Assembly (NCBI GenBank): GCA_965248435.1
Contig: OZ252100.1
Coordinates: 2,816,001-2,880,000, forward strand
DNA length: 64,000 bases
Direction of reading: 5' to 3'
Origin: Candidatus Latescibacterota bacterium
GTDB taxonomy: Bacteria; Latescibacterota; UBA2968; GCA-2709665
A model generated the notes under the pieces. The model worked only from the letters and a program-made list of their open reading frames with translations. It made no database searches and was not told where the DNA came from. Below, piece after piece: positions 9,069-19,783 of this stretch (its first letter is position 1; every line of letters starts with the position of its first letter). Both the position numbers and the translations under genes were made by a program.

Positions 9069-9485
9069 ATGGAAACTTTCACCATAGGCCGGGTTGCTCA
9101 AAGACTTCGGATGAACATTCAAACGATCCGTTACTATGAACGGCAAGGACTTATCCCTGAGCCACCACGGCAAGCCTCTGGTTACCGGAGGTACTCTCAG
9201 GAAGCCATCGCTCGCATCCAGTTTATCAAGCGCGCGAGAGAGTTGAGATTCTCTCTTAAAGAGATTTCAGAACTTCTCACGCTGCGAGCTGACCCGATTA
9301 CGACCTGTGATGATGTCAGAACACGGGCAGAGGGCAAAATTACAGAGGTTGCGGAAACGGTAAAGGACCTTCAGGGGACGTTGAACACGCTTACAGAATT
9401 GGTGGCTTTCTGCAAGAAGCGGGGTCCAACCCAGAAATGCCCTGTCTTAGATGCTTTGGATTCGCCATTGGATGGGGGTGAATAA
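9069..9485 (+). CDS. merR: MerR-family metal-responsive regulator (Hg-type)
   Basis: TIRYYERQGLI HTH, SGYRRY; three cysteines spaced like MerR C82/C117/C126. Confidence 0.85.
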   Translation: METFTIGRVAQRLRMNIQTIRYYERQGLIPEPPRQASGYRRYSQEAIARIQFIKRARELRFSLKEISELLTLRADPITTCDDVRTRAEGKITEVAETVKDLQGTLNTLTELVAFCKKRGPTQKCPVLDALDSPLDGGE

Positions 9486-9679
9486 ATGAAGAGCCGGATG
9501 AGCAGGCTTCTAAGTGTTTGGAGAGAGAGGCACCGTTGAAGGTTCGATTGCCATTAAACAGCTTCTTTCTGAACGGCTAACGCACGGGCGCCGACGCGCA
9601 TCCTTAGGATACGAGTCGTTTTCGTTTTGACACGGAGGTTTTCCCGTAACAACCTCGACAATCAGAAGAGAGAGGACCG

Positions 9680-9948
9680 ATGCTCAAAATCACTAGAATG
9701 GATCTTTAACGATGGAAAGTGTTATCCTCAAGCTTGAGGGACGACTGGTAGATCAGAGGATTGAACTGCTCAGGGAATCGTGTGAGATCCATCAGCGCAA
9801 GACGGGTAGACCGCCGACTCTGGATCTGTCTGCTGTAGGGTTTGCCAGCGAAGAGGGCATTGAACTGCTCCGTCACATCCAGGAAGAAGGGGTAAGGTGT
9901 GTGGGCTTGTCGCCCTTCCTGAAGGAACTCGTACAGAGTCAGTCTTGA
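9680..9948 (+). pseudogene. STAS/anti-sigma-antagonist-like protein, frameshifted near the N-terminus
   Basis: RBS + ATG 9680 gives MLKITRMDL*; the body VILKLEGRLV...LDLSAVGFASEEGIELL is in another frame (ATG 9712). Confidence 0.6.
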
Positions 9949-10093
9949 TATCTCACGTGAAACATCCTATTTTGGGTGCTACATATCTACTGCTCTGCCA
10001 AAGTTCTAAGATTTGCTTCCCGCAGGGGCGGAACCGATTTGAGATAGTCCCAGTAGCACTCAAGAGTGAGTCTATCTGCAGAAGACCTGTGAT

Positions 10094-12013
10094 ATGAAAG
10101 ATGAAGAGAAGAACAAAAACATGCTCATAAGCGAATTGGTCGAATTACGCCAACGGATTGTTAAATTGGAATCATCAGAGACTGAGCGCAGACAAGTAGA
10201 AGAGGCGTTGCAGAGGAGCGAAGAACGCTATCGGTCACTCTACACCAAAACCCCAGCCATGCTGCATTCGATCGATAAATGCGGGAGGCTTGTAGATGTC
10301 AGCGACCACTGGCTTGAGGTGTTCGGCTACGAACGGAAGGAAGTCATCGGACGAAAGAGTACAGAGTTTCTGACGCATGAGTCCAGGCATTATGCGGAGA
10401 CAGTCACACTTCCTGAATTTATGAAGACAGGGATGGCACGCAATGTTCCATATCAATTTGTTGGAAAGAACGGCCAAATTGTGGATGTACTCCTGTCGGC
10501 AATCGCAGAATGTGATGAAGGAGGCACCTTCATTCGAAGCCTCGCGGTTTTGGACGATGTGACAGACCGTAAGGTGGTGGAAGAGGCGCTTCGGGTGAGC
10601 GAAGAGCGGCTGCGCGCGTTTGCCGGCACGTTGCCCGATCTTGCATTCATTTTGGACGAGGACGGGCTCTACGTAGAAGTGCTTACAGCCGCGGAGGATC
10701 TCCTTTACAAAGAGGCGGACCAGCTAAAGGGACGCCTTCTGCGCGAGGTCTTGCCAAAGGAATCGGCCGATCTGTTCTTGAAAACAATCCGCAACACGAT
10801 TGAAAGCGAAAAATCGCAAGTCTTGGAATATTTACTGGATGTCCAGGCTGGCCCCCGGTGGTTTGAGGGTCGAACTTCACCCTTGCGCCTTGTTGGCGCT
10901 GATAAGAAAATGGTGGTGTGGGTATCGAGAGACATTACCGAGCGTAAGCGGGCAGAGGAGGCGCTGCAGGAGAGTGAGGATCGATTCCGATCATTTTTTG
11001 AAAAGGCGGCCTCTGGCATTGCAATTGTCTCACCCGACTTCCAATTTTCCGATGTTAATGCTGCCTTTTGCGAATTCCTTGGATATACCAAATCCCAGTT
11101 GGTGAAATTGACCATTGCCGACGTTACACACCCCGAAGATTGGGACGAGAACGAACGCCAGATCCTACAAACCTTAGAAGAACGATCCCAGTACATCAGA
11201 GCAGAAAAACGATATTTACGAAAAGACGGCACTTTCGTGTGGGGCCAAGTGTCTGCGGCGTGGATTCGAGACGCAAATTCAAACCCGCTGTATGCCGTTG
11301 CACTGGTTCAGGATATCACGTCACGCAAGAAGGCTGAGGAAGAGTTGAAAGCCTCACGTGAACAGCTCCGCAGCCTCTTCTCGTATTTGGAAAACGTCCG
11401 AGAAGAAGAACGAAGGAGAATTGCCCGGGAGATCCACGATGAGCTAGCGCAGACGCTCACGGCACTCAAGATGGATGCTTTCTGGTTAAAGACTCATTTG
11501 CGTGCTGACCAGAAGAGCCTGCGTGAAACTGTGGATTCAATGTCGGGGCTCATTGATGAGACCATTCACTCCGTCCAGAGAATCTCGGCCGAACTAAGGC
11601 CGAGATTACTGGACGACCTCGGACTCGTCGCGGCCATTGAGTGGCAGACGCAGCAATTTAAGATCCGTACAGAAATCGTATGTGAGGTCTTAATCGATGC
11701 GGACGAAGTCTCTCCTGCCGAGGACGTAGCCACACACATATTTCGGATTCTGCAGGAGGCCCTGACAAATGTTGCCCGTCACGCGTCCGCAACTGCTGTT
11801 GAAGTTAGTTTCATACAGCACGACGATGAGTTGGTTTTGAAAATCGAAGACAATGGTAAGGGTATTGCCAAACATCAAATCTTGGACTCGGCATCAATCG
11901 GTCTAATCGGTATGAGGGAACGAGTTCGTATCCTAGGCGGCAATGTCCAGATCCTCGGTGTTCCAGGCGAAGGAACTACAGTAACCGTCAAGATTCCATA
12001 CCCGAAGGATTAG
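10094..12013 (+). CDS. Triple-PAS sensor histidine kinase (HisKA_3, NarX/UhpB type)
   Basis: ERRRIAREIHDELAQ, QEALTNVARHA, DNGKG, GLIGMRER. Confidence 0.95.
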   Translation: MKDEEKNKNMLISELVELRQRIVKLESSETERRQVEEALQRSEERYRSLYTKTPAMLHSIDKCGRLVDVSDHWLEVFGYERKEVIGRKSTEFLTHESRHYAETVTLPEFMKTGMARNVPYQFVGKNGQIVDVLLSAIAECDEGGTFIRSLAVLDDVTDRKVVEEALRVSEERLRAFAGTLPDLAFILDEDGLYVEVLTAAEDLLYKEADQLKGRLLREVLPKESADLFLKTIRNTIESEKSQVLEYLLDVQAGPRWFEGRTSPLRLVGADKKMVVWVSRDITERKRAEEALQESEDRFRSFFEKAASGIAIVSPDFQFSDVNAAFCEFLGYTKSQLVKLTIADVTHPEDWDENERQILQTLEERSQYIRAEKRYLRKDGTFVWGQVSAAWIRDANSNPLYAVALVQDITSRKKAEEELKASREQLRSLFSYLENVREEERRRIAREIHDELAQTLTALKMDAFWLKTHLRADQKSLRETVDSMSGLIDETIHSVQRISAELRPRLLDDLGLVAAIEWQTQQFKIRTEIVCEVLIDADEVSPAEDVATHIFRILQEALTNVARHASATAVEVSFIQHDDELVLKIEDNGKGIAKHQILDSASIGLIGMRERVRILGGNVQILGVPGEGTTVTVKIPYPKD

Positions 12014-12097
12014 CGCGGTTCCACTCAAGATGATGCCTAAGGTCTTATGATTTCCTCGCCTCGTCCACGATACACAGCTTAAAGTGAGGAGTCTGCC

Positions 12098-12730
12098 ATG
12101 ATCAAGGTCCTCATTGGGGATGATCACCCTGTGGTTAGAGAAGGTCTGAAACTGACGCTTTTAGAGGCGTCCGACATTCAGGTTGTCGGGGAAGCTTCTA
12201 ATGCCCAGGAAGTCCTCGAAGAGGTGTGGAAAGAGCAATATGACCTCCTTTTGCTGGACATTTCCTTGCCCGGGCGAAGTGGAATCGAGGTTCTGAAGCA
12301 ACTAAAAGCCGAAAAATCGCAGCTTCCCGTCCTGATCTTAACCGTTCATCCGGAATCCCAATATGCGGTGAGGGCTTTTCAAGCCGGTGCCTCCGGGTAT
12401 CTGACAAAGGAGAGCCTCCCAGAAGAGTTGGTCACGGCCATTCGAACCGTTTCGAGTGGTAGGAAATATGTCAGCTCCACCCTCGCTGAAGCAATTGCAG
12501 ATCACCTGGATTTTGCAGACCAGAGGCCTCTGCACACACGCCTTTCGGACCGCGAATACGATGTGATGCGTGGGATCGCGTCCGGTAAAACCGTAACCCA
12601 GATTGCAGACCAGATATCGCTAAGTGTGAAAACTATCAGCACTTATCGAACGCGTTTACTGGAAAAGATGAATATGAGCACCAATGCAGAAATAATCCGC
12701 TATGCGATCCAAAATGGGCTCGTGGACTGA
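12098..12730 (+). CDS. NarL/UhpA-family response regulator
   Basis: REC (DDH, LLDISLP) plus LuxR HTH (LSDRE...SVKTISTYR). Confidence 0.95.
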   Translation: MIKVLIGDDHPVVREGLKLTLLEASDIQVVGEASNAQEVLEEVWKEQYDLLLLDISLPGRSGIEVLKQLKAEKSQLPVLILTVHPESQYAVRAFQAGASGYLTKESLPEELVTAIRTVSSGRKYVSSTLAEAIADHLDFADQRPLHTRLSDREYDVMRGIASGKTVTQIADQISLSVKTISTYRTRLLEKMNMSTNAEIIRYAIQNGLVD

Positions 12731-13176
12731 ACCTATTCCTTCCTGGAATCAAACTCCTCTCCCATCCCCTCCGGCAGTTCCTCGTTACACCTATCAGGTC
12801 ACTTCCCACTTAATCGAATTCTGTAGGACGATTACCTACAATATTTTCCGCGAAATTCTGACGCGTCAGAAAGGCAAATGTCTATAGATTTAGATTTTGG
12901 AGATTGCTTCGGATTGATAAAGTCATCATAATGGCACGCTCCACAGCATCCTCGATAATGTTTACACTCCGCTGCTCGCGCCTTCGATCCGCGTTGGAGG
13001 GCAACGACTTGGAGGTCGCTGATTGTTCCCAGGCATTGAAGCAACGGGGCTGAGAGCACTAATGTGCATCGCCTCAGTTTCCATGCCCTGGCTGCATTCG
13101 AATACCCTCCGCTTGAAAACATCGCACGGCTATCGCTTGGTCGTTCAGACCTAGATGGATTCGACTATCAGAGGAA

Positions 13177-14881
13177 TTGACCGTGAACCAGAAAGACGAA
13201 CATTATCTGAAGCAGGAACTCTACACACTTGTGAAAAATGATTCTCGAATTTTCGAATTCTTACAGGCGGGTTCACTCGACGGTATCTGGTACTGGGACG
13301 TTGAGCATCCCGAAGAAGAGTGGTATAGCCCGCGCTTCAAGGAGCTATTTGGTTACAAGGACGACGAGGTCCCTGATACCTCGGACTGGTGGCAGAAGAA
13401 TATCTTTCTAGAGGACATGGAAGTCGCGATCGACAATTTCAGCAAACACTGTGAGGACCCTCTGCACCCCTACGATCAGGTCGTCCGGTATCGACACAAG
13501 AACGGCTCTACCGTGTGGGTTCGCTGCCGAGGACTAGCAGTTCGAGATGAGAGCGGGAGGCCGATTCGTATGCTGGGGGCACATACGGATGTAACAGCAC
13601 TCAAACAGGCCCAAGAAAAGCTAGAAGCACTCAATGAAACCCTCGAGAAACGCGTGTCAGAGCGCACGCGCGAGCTTGAAAGCTCGCGTGCTTCTGCACT
13701 GAACATGATGAAGGACGCCGTTGAAGCCAGGAGAGCAGAACAGAACGCAAACGAAGGGCTTAAGAGGGAGATTGCGGAGCGTAAGCGAGCGGAGCGGGAC
13801 CTGAGTAGACACCGGGACCACCTTGAACAACTGGTAAAAGAACGTACGGCGGAACTGCAAACGGTCAATGACCAACTTCGAAATGAAATCGCCGAACGCA
13901 AACATTCGGGGGAGATGTTGCGCAAGCTTTCTGAGCGTTTGACGTTAGCCACGAAATCCGCCGAAATTGGCATCTGGGACTGGGACGTGGTCAACAATAA
14001 GCTGGCATGGGATGACACCATGTATAGCCTCTATGGCATCTCTCCGGACCAATTTGGGGCTGCCTATGAGGCCTGGCAGAAAGGGGTATACCCGGAAGAC
14101 CTTCCCGTAGCCGAGGAACGAGTTCGGATGGCCCTCCGCGGCGAAAGAGATTTCGACACGGAATTCCGCGTTGTCTGGCCTGATAGCACGGTTCGAACAT
14201 TGAAGGCCTATGCCCTCGTCGAACGAAGCGAGAATGGTGACCCAGTCAATATGATTGGTGTCAATTTCGACATTACAGAGACCAAGAGGGCGGAGGAGGA
14301 AATCAAATCATTCAATGCGGAGCTCGAAGCCGCCAACCAAGAACTCGAAAGCTTTTCCTACTCCGTTTCGCACGACTTGCGGGCACCGCTCAGGAGCGTC
14401 GATGGCTTCAGCCAGGCCTTGCTCGAGGATTACGAGGAGAAACTCGACGCGGGGGGTAGAGAGTATCTTCAGCGTGTGCGGGCTGCAAGCCAGCGTATGG
14501 GGCAGTTGATCGACGCCCTCCTGAACTTGTCGCGCATCACCCGGGGAGAAATGCGACGCGAGACAGTGGACTTGAGCACCATAGCACGGGAACTTGCAGA
14601 CGAACTCCATAAGTCGGAACCGGCTCGTCAAGCTACCTTTGCAATCCACAAGGGTTTGGTGCAAAGAGGTCTATTTTGTGAGTGACGATGGAGCCGGATT
14701 CGACATGGCCTATGCCGACAAGCTGTTTGGCGCGTTTCAACGCCTACACAAGACCAGTGAGTTTTCAGGCACCGGCATCGGTCTGGCAACCGTGCAGCGC
14801 ATTGTTCATCGACACAGAGGCAAGATCTGGGCCGATAGTGAAGTTGGACAAGGGGCGACGTTCTATTTCACTTTGGCATGA
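13177..14881 (+). pseudogene. PAS-PAS histidine kinase (SYSVSHDLRAPLR type) with an internal deletion and frameshift in the HATPase domain
   Basis: H-box intact; ...IHKGLV joins out of frame to [15 protein letters not shown]...GTGIGLA near 14660; the N-box segment is absent. Confidence 0.85.
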
Positions 14882-14923
14882 GAGCCGAAACCTGGCAGTC
14901 TGGAAGCGCGAAGGAGGATCCAA

Positions 14924-15373
14924 ATGGACGACGGAGTGATCTTGCTTGTCGAAGACAATCCCGACGATGAGGCCCTAGCCCTGCGCGCACTCAGAAGAAG
15001 CAATATCACTAACAAGGTTATCGTGGTGCGAGACGGCGCCGAGGCCCTGGAATTCCTGTTTTCGACAGGCGGTTACGCCGACCGAGACACAAGCGAGTGC
15101 CCTGCCGTGGTCCTGCTCGATCTCAAGCTGCCCAAGGTAGGTGGGCTGGAAGTCTTGAAGCGGGTGCGGGCAGACGAACGCACCAAACTGGTTCCAGTGG
15201 TGGTCCTCACTTCATCCAAAGAGGAACAGGATCTGGTCGACGGATACCGTTTCGGCTGCAACAGCTACGTTCAGAAACCGGTCGATTTTGTCCAGTTTGC
15301 TGAGGCGGTTCGGCAGTTGGGGCTCTACTGGCTGCTTCTGAACGAGCCCCCACCGGGGCCCGGGAGAGCCTAG
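14924..15373 (+). CDS. Single-domain response regulator (Rcp1-like)
   Basis: LLVEDNPDD, LLDLKLP, VLTSS, NSYVQKPVDF. Confidence 0.95.
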   Translation: MDDGVILLVEDNPDDEALALRALRRSNITNKVIVVRDGAEALEFLFSTGGYADRDTSECPAVVLLDLKLPKVGGLEVLKRVRADERTKLVPVVVLTSSKEEQDLVDGYRFGCNSYVQKPVDFVQFAEAVRQLGLYWLLLNEPPPGPGRA

Positions 15374-17638
15374 ATGGACAAGCCGCTCCGTCTATTGATC
15401 GTCGAGGACTCGGAGGACGACGCGATATTACTCGTTCGCGAGCTACGGCGAGGCGGCTACGACCCGACGTTCCAACGAGTCGACACACCCCGGGCCATGA
15501 AGGCCGCGCTCGAGGAACAGACCTGGGATATCGTCATTTCCGATTACAGCATGCCTCGCTTCAGCGTTTCGGAAGCACTAGCGCTGTTGAAGGCCAAAGG
15601 GCTTGACGTGCCCTTCGTCGTCGTATCCGGAAATATCGGCGAGGAAGTTGCTGTGGGCACGATGAAGGCGGGGGCCCACGACTACCTGATGAAGAACAAT
15701 CTAAAGCGGCTGGTCGCCGCAGTTGAGCGCGAACTGCGGGACGCAGAGGCACGGACGAAGCACAAGCGGTCAGAGGAAGACTTAAAGGCTTCGCAAGAGT
15801 ACGCGAGAGACATTATTGACAGCTCTCTGGACATGATTATTGCGGTAGACAAGAACAGACGCATCACGGAGTTCAACAGAGCTGCGCAAGAAATCTTCGG
15901 ATACGAGCTCGAGGAGGTGCTGGGTGAGCACGTCGACTTGCTTTACGCTGATACAAACGAGGGCGCAGATGTCCACAAGACCACAATGGAAAAGGGTAGA
16001 CTGGTCCACGAAGTGATCAACAAACGCAAGAACGGAGAGCTTTTTCCGAGTCTCCTTTCCGCCTCCATCCTTCGTGACACCGTGGGCGAAATAGTCGGTG
16101 TTATGGGCGTTTCCCGTGACATCACAGAACGCAAGCAAGCAGAGGAGGCGATGCAAGAGGTGGGGGCTCGCATGCGGGGTTTGGTGATGAACCTGCCCGA
16201 GGGCGTCTGCCTGCTCGATGCAGATAGAACCCTGATGGTGGTAAACACTGCTGCGGAAGAATACTTAGAACTACTTTCGGACGCCGTTCGCCCGGGGGAC
16301 GTCCTTTCCCGAATCTCAAACTTCACGTTTCAGGATCTACTCGCATCTTGTGAAGACAGGATTGCAGATGAAGTCGTGTTGGACAGCCCAAGCGAGCGCT
16401 TCTTTGAGGTACTGGCGTGTCCGATTGCAAAAGAAATAACGGAAGGAGGCTATGTCCTGCTCATCCGGGATGTGACTGAGGCCAGGAAGATCGCGGAGCG
16501 GGCGGAGAGAGAGTATCGATTGGCAACGGTAGGACAGCTGGCGGCGGGTATCGCGCACGACTTCAACAACCTGCTTACCGTGATGATGGGCGTCCCGCAG
16601 ATACTGGAGATGCGGGACGACATGCCCGATGCGGTCAAAGAAGATCTGAGGACAATCCACGAACAGGGCCAGCGTGCGGCCCAGCTTATCCGGCAGATCC
16701 TGGATTTTAGTCGGAGCAGTGACGCAGAGCGACAGCTTGTAAACCTGATTTCTTTCCTGAAAGAGACCGTCAAGCTGATGCAGCGGACGCTGCCCGCGTC
16801 CATTGGGATCGAGACTGAATTCGAAGAGGGTTCGTATACCATCGAGGCGAATCTCACCCAGCTCCAGCAGATCCTCACGAACCTGGCGGTGAACGCTCGC
16901 GACGCGATGCCGGAAGGTGGGGGACTGCGGGTCGGGCTTTCATCCCTTCAACTCCCCCCCCGTGGAAAACCTCCGGTTCCCAAGATGGATCCTGGAGATT
17001 GGGTCGTCTGGACCGTGGCCGATACAGGCGCCGGGATGGAGCCCAGCGTCCTCAAGCAGATCTACGAGCCCTTCTTTACGACAAAGGCGGCCGGTGAAGG
17101 CACCGGACTCGGGCTTGCGCAGGTCTATGGCATTGTCAAACAGTACGGTGGCCATATTGATGTGGAGAGCGAGGTCGGCAAGGGGACGACGTTCAGGATC
17201 TATCTTCCACGGGTCGTCGAAGAAGAGGTCGGCGAACTTGAGGAAATCGATCTTCCAAAGGGTCGAGGTGAGACTGTCCTGCTGGTGGAGGACCAGGAAG
17301 AGGTGATGCAAATCGCAAAAAGCATGCTGGAAGTCCTGAACTACCGCGTGTTGACGGCATCAGACGGTGAGCAGGCGCTGACGGCTTACGATCAGCATCC
17401 CGGAGAGATCGACCTGATTTTAACAGACATGGTCATGCCCAAGATGAGCGGGCAGGAGCTCGCAACGGCATTTCAGGATAAGGATCCTGGCGTTCGTATT
17501 CTGGTGATGTCAGGCTATCAGGTGACAGAATTGATCGAAGAGCAATTTCCTGAGTCGATAGTAGGCTGGCTGGAAAAGCCGATGAGTTTGGACAGGGTGG
17601 CCCACGCAGTAAGGGCGGCCCTAACGGGCGACTCATGA
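15374..17638 (+). CDS. Hybrid histidine kinase REC-PAS-PAS-HisKA-HATPase-REC
   Basis: AGIAHDFNNLL, NLAVNARDAM, EPFFTTK, GTGLGL; receiver domains at both termini. Confidence 0.95.
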   Translation: MDKPLRLLIVEDSEDDAILLVRELRRGGYDPTFQRVDTPRAMKAALEEQTWDIVISDYSMPRFSVSEALALLKAKGLDVPFVVVSGNIGEEVAVGTMKAGAHDYLMKNNLKRLVAAVERELRDAEARTKHKRSEEDLKASQEYARDIIDSSLDMIIAVDKNRRITEFNRAAQEIFGYELEEVLGEHVDLLYADTNEGADVHKTTMEKGRLVHEVINKRKNGELFPSLLSASILRDTVGEIVGVMGVSRDITERKQAEEAMQEVGARMRGLVMNLPEGVCLLDADRTLMVVNTAAEEYLELLSDAVRPGDVLSRISNFTFQDLLASCEDRIADEVVLDSPSERFFEVLACPIAKEITEGGYVLLIRDVTEARKIAERAEREYRLATVGQLAAGIAHDFNNLLTVMMGVPQILEMRDDMPDAVKEDLRTIHEQGQRAAQLIRQILDFSRSSDAERQLVNLISFLKETVKLMQRTLPASIGIETEFEEGSYTIEANLTQLQQILTNLAVNARDAMPEGGGLRVGLSSLQLPPRGKPPVPKMDPGDWVVWTVADTGAGMEPSVLKQIYEPFFTTKAAGEGTGLGLAQVYGIVKQYGGHIDVESEVGKGTTFRIYLPRVVEEEVGELEEIDLPKGRGETVLLVEDQEEVMQIAKSMLEVLNYRVLTASDGEQALTAYDQHPGEIDLILTDMVMPKMSGQELATAFQDKDPGVRILVMSGYQVTELIEEQFPESIVGWLEKPMSLDRVAHAVRAALTGDS

Positions 17639-17848
17639 TCTCGATCATACCCGATAAGCCTGCATTTTCGTGGCCACCGAGGACCGCTTCTTGTCCGGGC
17701 TCGCTCAAGGTCCTCACCAAGCCATTACGATATTTCGTCAAAGTGTGAGCCAATTGCGGGGTTCTCGCCTCTTTAAGCAGACGCCGTCACTTCATAAATA
17801 TTTGTCATTCAATGATATAGAGCGCTGTTCGTGTCCAAACTTGCTGCT

Positions 17849-17863
17849 TGGCACTGGATTTGC
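17849..17863 (+). promoter_or_regulatory. sigma54 promoter
   Basis: TGGCAC-TGGAT-TTGC, an exact consensus match, upstream of the REC-GAF / four-helix / FapA cluster. Confidence 0.7.
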
Positions 17864-17959
17864 GTTGAATCTTGTCGCTTGACATCTTGCTCATCGAGCA
17901 AGATATTTTTTTCGCCTCGAATGTGAGATGTCGATGCATCACCAATCCTTGACGCGTTT

Positions 17960-18122
17960 TGTCATTCCGAGCGCCAGCGAGGAATCTCAACAGGTGATGC
18001 AGCGGCCACATCTTCGAGGAATGGTTCAGTTAAAATCTCGGTGTTGAGATCCCTCGTCCCCCTGTTCTTTTGGCGGTGAGTGAAGACACGACTTGACTCT
18101 TAAATGGCTCCTCGGGATGACA
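17960..18122. repeat. REP/MITE-like long inverted repeat
   Basis: TGTCATTCCGAG...CGAGGAATCTCAACA pairs with TGTTGAGATCCCTCG...CTCGGGATGACA. Confidence 0.7.
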
Positions 18123-18151
18123 AATTCGGTCTGTTGAACGGGAGATCAGTC

Positions 18152-19179
18152 ATGAGTGAAACAATTTTGGTCGTCGACGACGAAGAGCCGGTGCGCCAGA
18201 TGGTAGCCCGGCTGATCAAGGGCCTGGGTCACACCGCCGTGGAGGCGGAGTCGGCAGAGAAGGGCCTGGAGGTCGTGAGAGAAACCCCGGTCGACCTCGT
18301 CATCACAGATCTCAAGATGCCGGGCATGAGCGGTCTGGACCTGGCTGAAACGCTTCTCAAGGAGGACCCGGAACGTCCCGTGATGAGGAGGACCCGGAAC
18401 GTCCCGTGATGCTGATGACCGCCTATTCCGACATCGACAGTGCGCGAAAAGCCGTCGGCATCGGGCTGTATGACTACTTCGCCAAACCGTTCGACGTGAA
18501 TGACCTTGCAGGCTGCGTAAAGCGCGCCCTTAATCACCGTCGCCTCGTCCTGGAAAACCGCGAGTACCAAAAGGACCTGGAATTCAAGGTGGAAGAGCGC
18601 ACCAAGGAGCTGCAGCAAATGGTGGCCGAACTCGAGGCGAGAGACTCGCTCCTGAAGCACATGCTCTCCATCCAAGATCCGGAAGTGACTCTTGGACTTT
18701 CGGTCAAACTCGCCCTGGACCTGTGCAACTGCGATGCCGGTGCAATCTACCTCAAGCTGGGTGATGGAGATTTCGAGCCGAGGGCCGGCATCGGTTTCCT
18801 CAAGGAAAGCGATTCCATATTCGGCAAACCGCTCCGTGATCTCGATCTGCACAGGGGGATAACCCACGCGGCCCTCAAGGATGCCGTGGAGAATCAAACT
18901 CCGGTCTGGGTCCACGACCCTGGATCTGTCCGAAAGGGATTCGACATCCACAGCTTCGGCTTGCTTCCGATCATGAGAGGAGACGAGGTCCTGGCCGTCC
19001 TGGAGATCGATCGCAAACGAAAAGATCTACTCGTCGGCGAGGCTGACCTGGAGGCGATCGAGGGCTTCCTGCCCTACATTGCCATGTCTGTGGCCGATTG
19101 CAAACTGCAAGAGCAACTTCCGGAATGGGAAGGCGACGTGGAAGAAGTACTAAAAGCGACTGAAGAATGGGAGAACTAA
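18152..19179 (+). pseudogene. REC + coiled-coil + GAF-like regulator frameshifted by a 26-bp tandem duplication
   Basis: AGGAGGACCCGGAACGTCCCGTGATG at 18360-18385 and 18386-18411; removing one copy restores PERPVMLMTAY. Confidence 0.9.
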
Positions 19180-19190
19180 AAGGCGAAACC

Positions 19191-19311
19191 GAATATCGAA
19201 TATCGAACAGCAGAATATCGAATAACGAAGGGAAAGCAAAACCGAATCAGGTGATTGCAGGACAGGCTCTTACTTCGACATTCGGCGTTCAGTATTCGAC
19301 ATTCGACATTC
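19191..19311. repeat. Heptamer-periodic (GAATATC/GAATGTC) inverted repeat hairpin
   Basis: Left arm 19191-19230 is complementary to the right arm 19273-19311. Confidence 0.85.
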
Positions 19312-19366
19312 TCTTTGATTACTCCGCCAAATGTATCGAACCTTGAAACACCGAAGGGGGCAGGAC

Positions 19367-19762
19367 GTGGCTCGAAGGGTGGAAGATACGAAGATCAAAA
19401 AATACGACCTCGAGGAAAGGCTGATCGATTTCGCAGCTTCGATTGTTGACTTAGTGGAGGAATTACCGGCAACGCGTGTTGGCAATCACATCGCCGGTCA
19501 AATCCTGCGAAGCGGAACATCACCAGCGCCCAACTACGGTGAAGCACAGAGCGCAGAGTCACGAAGAGACTTCATTCATAAGATGAAGTTGGTTCTAAAG
19601 GAGCTACGAGAAACCAGAGTATGGATTCTTCTGTTACAGAAGAAATCATTGGTGGAATCGCCTGAGACACTGCAGTCGATGCTAGATGAGAGCAACCAAT
19701 TGATCTCTATTTTCGTTTCAAGTATCGCGACCGCATCTAGGGAGGAAAGCCAGAAAAATTGA
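19367..19762 (+). CDS. Four-helix-bundle protein (23S rRNA IVS-protein / TIGR02436-like)
   Basis: DLEERLIDFA...QILRSGTSPAPNYGEAQSAESRRDFIHKM...KELRET..W signature. Confidence 0.9.
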   Translation: MARRVEDTKIKKYDLEERLIDFAASIVDLVEELPATRVGNHIAGQILRSGTSPAPNYGEAQSAESRRDFIHKMKLVLKELRETRVWILLLQKKSLVESPETLQSMLDESNQLISIFVSSIATASREESQKN

Positions 19763-19783
19763 ACGATTGCCAGCCCGCTTTTA

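Noticed and set aside
19367-19762. Diversity-generating retroelement (Avd-like protein)
   Set aside because: No reverse transcriptase and no TR/VR pair with adenine-specific mismatches were seen in the window.
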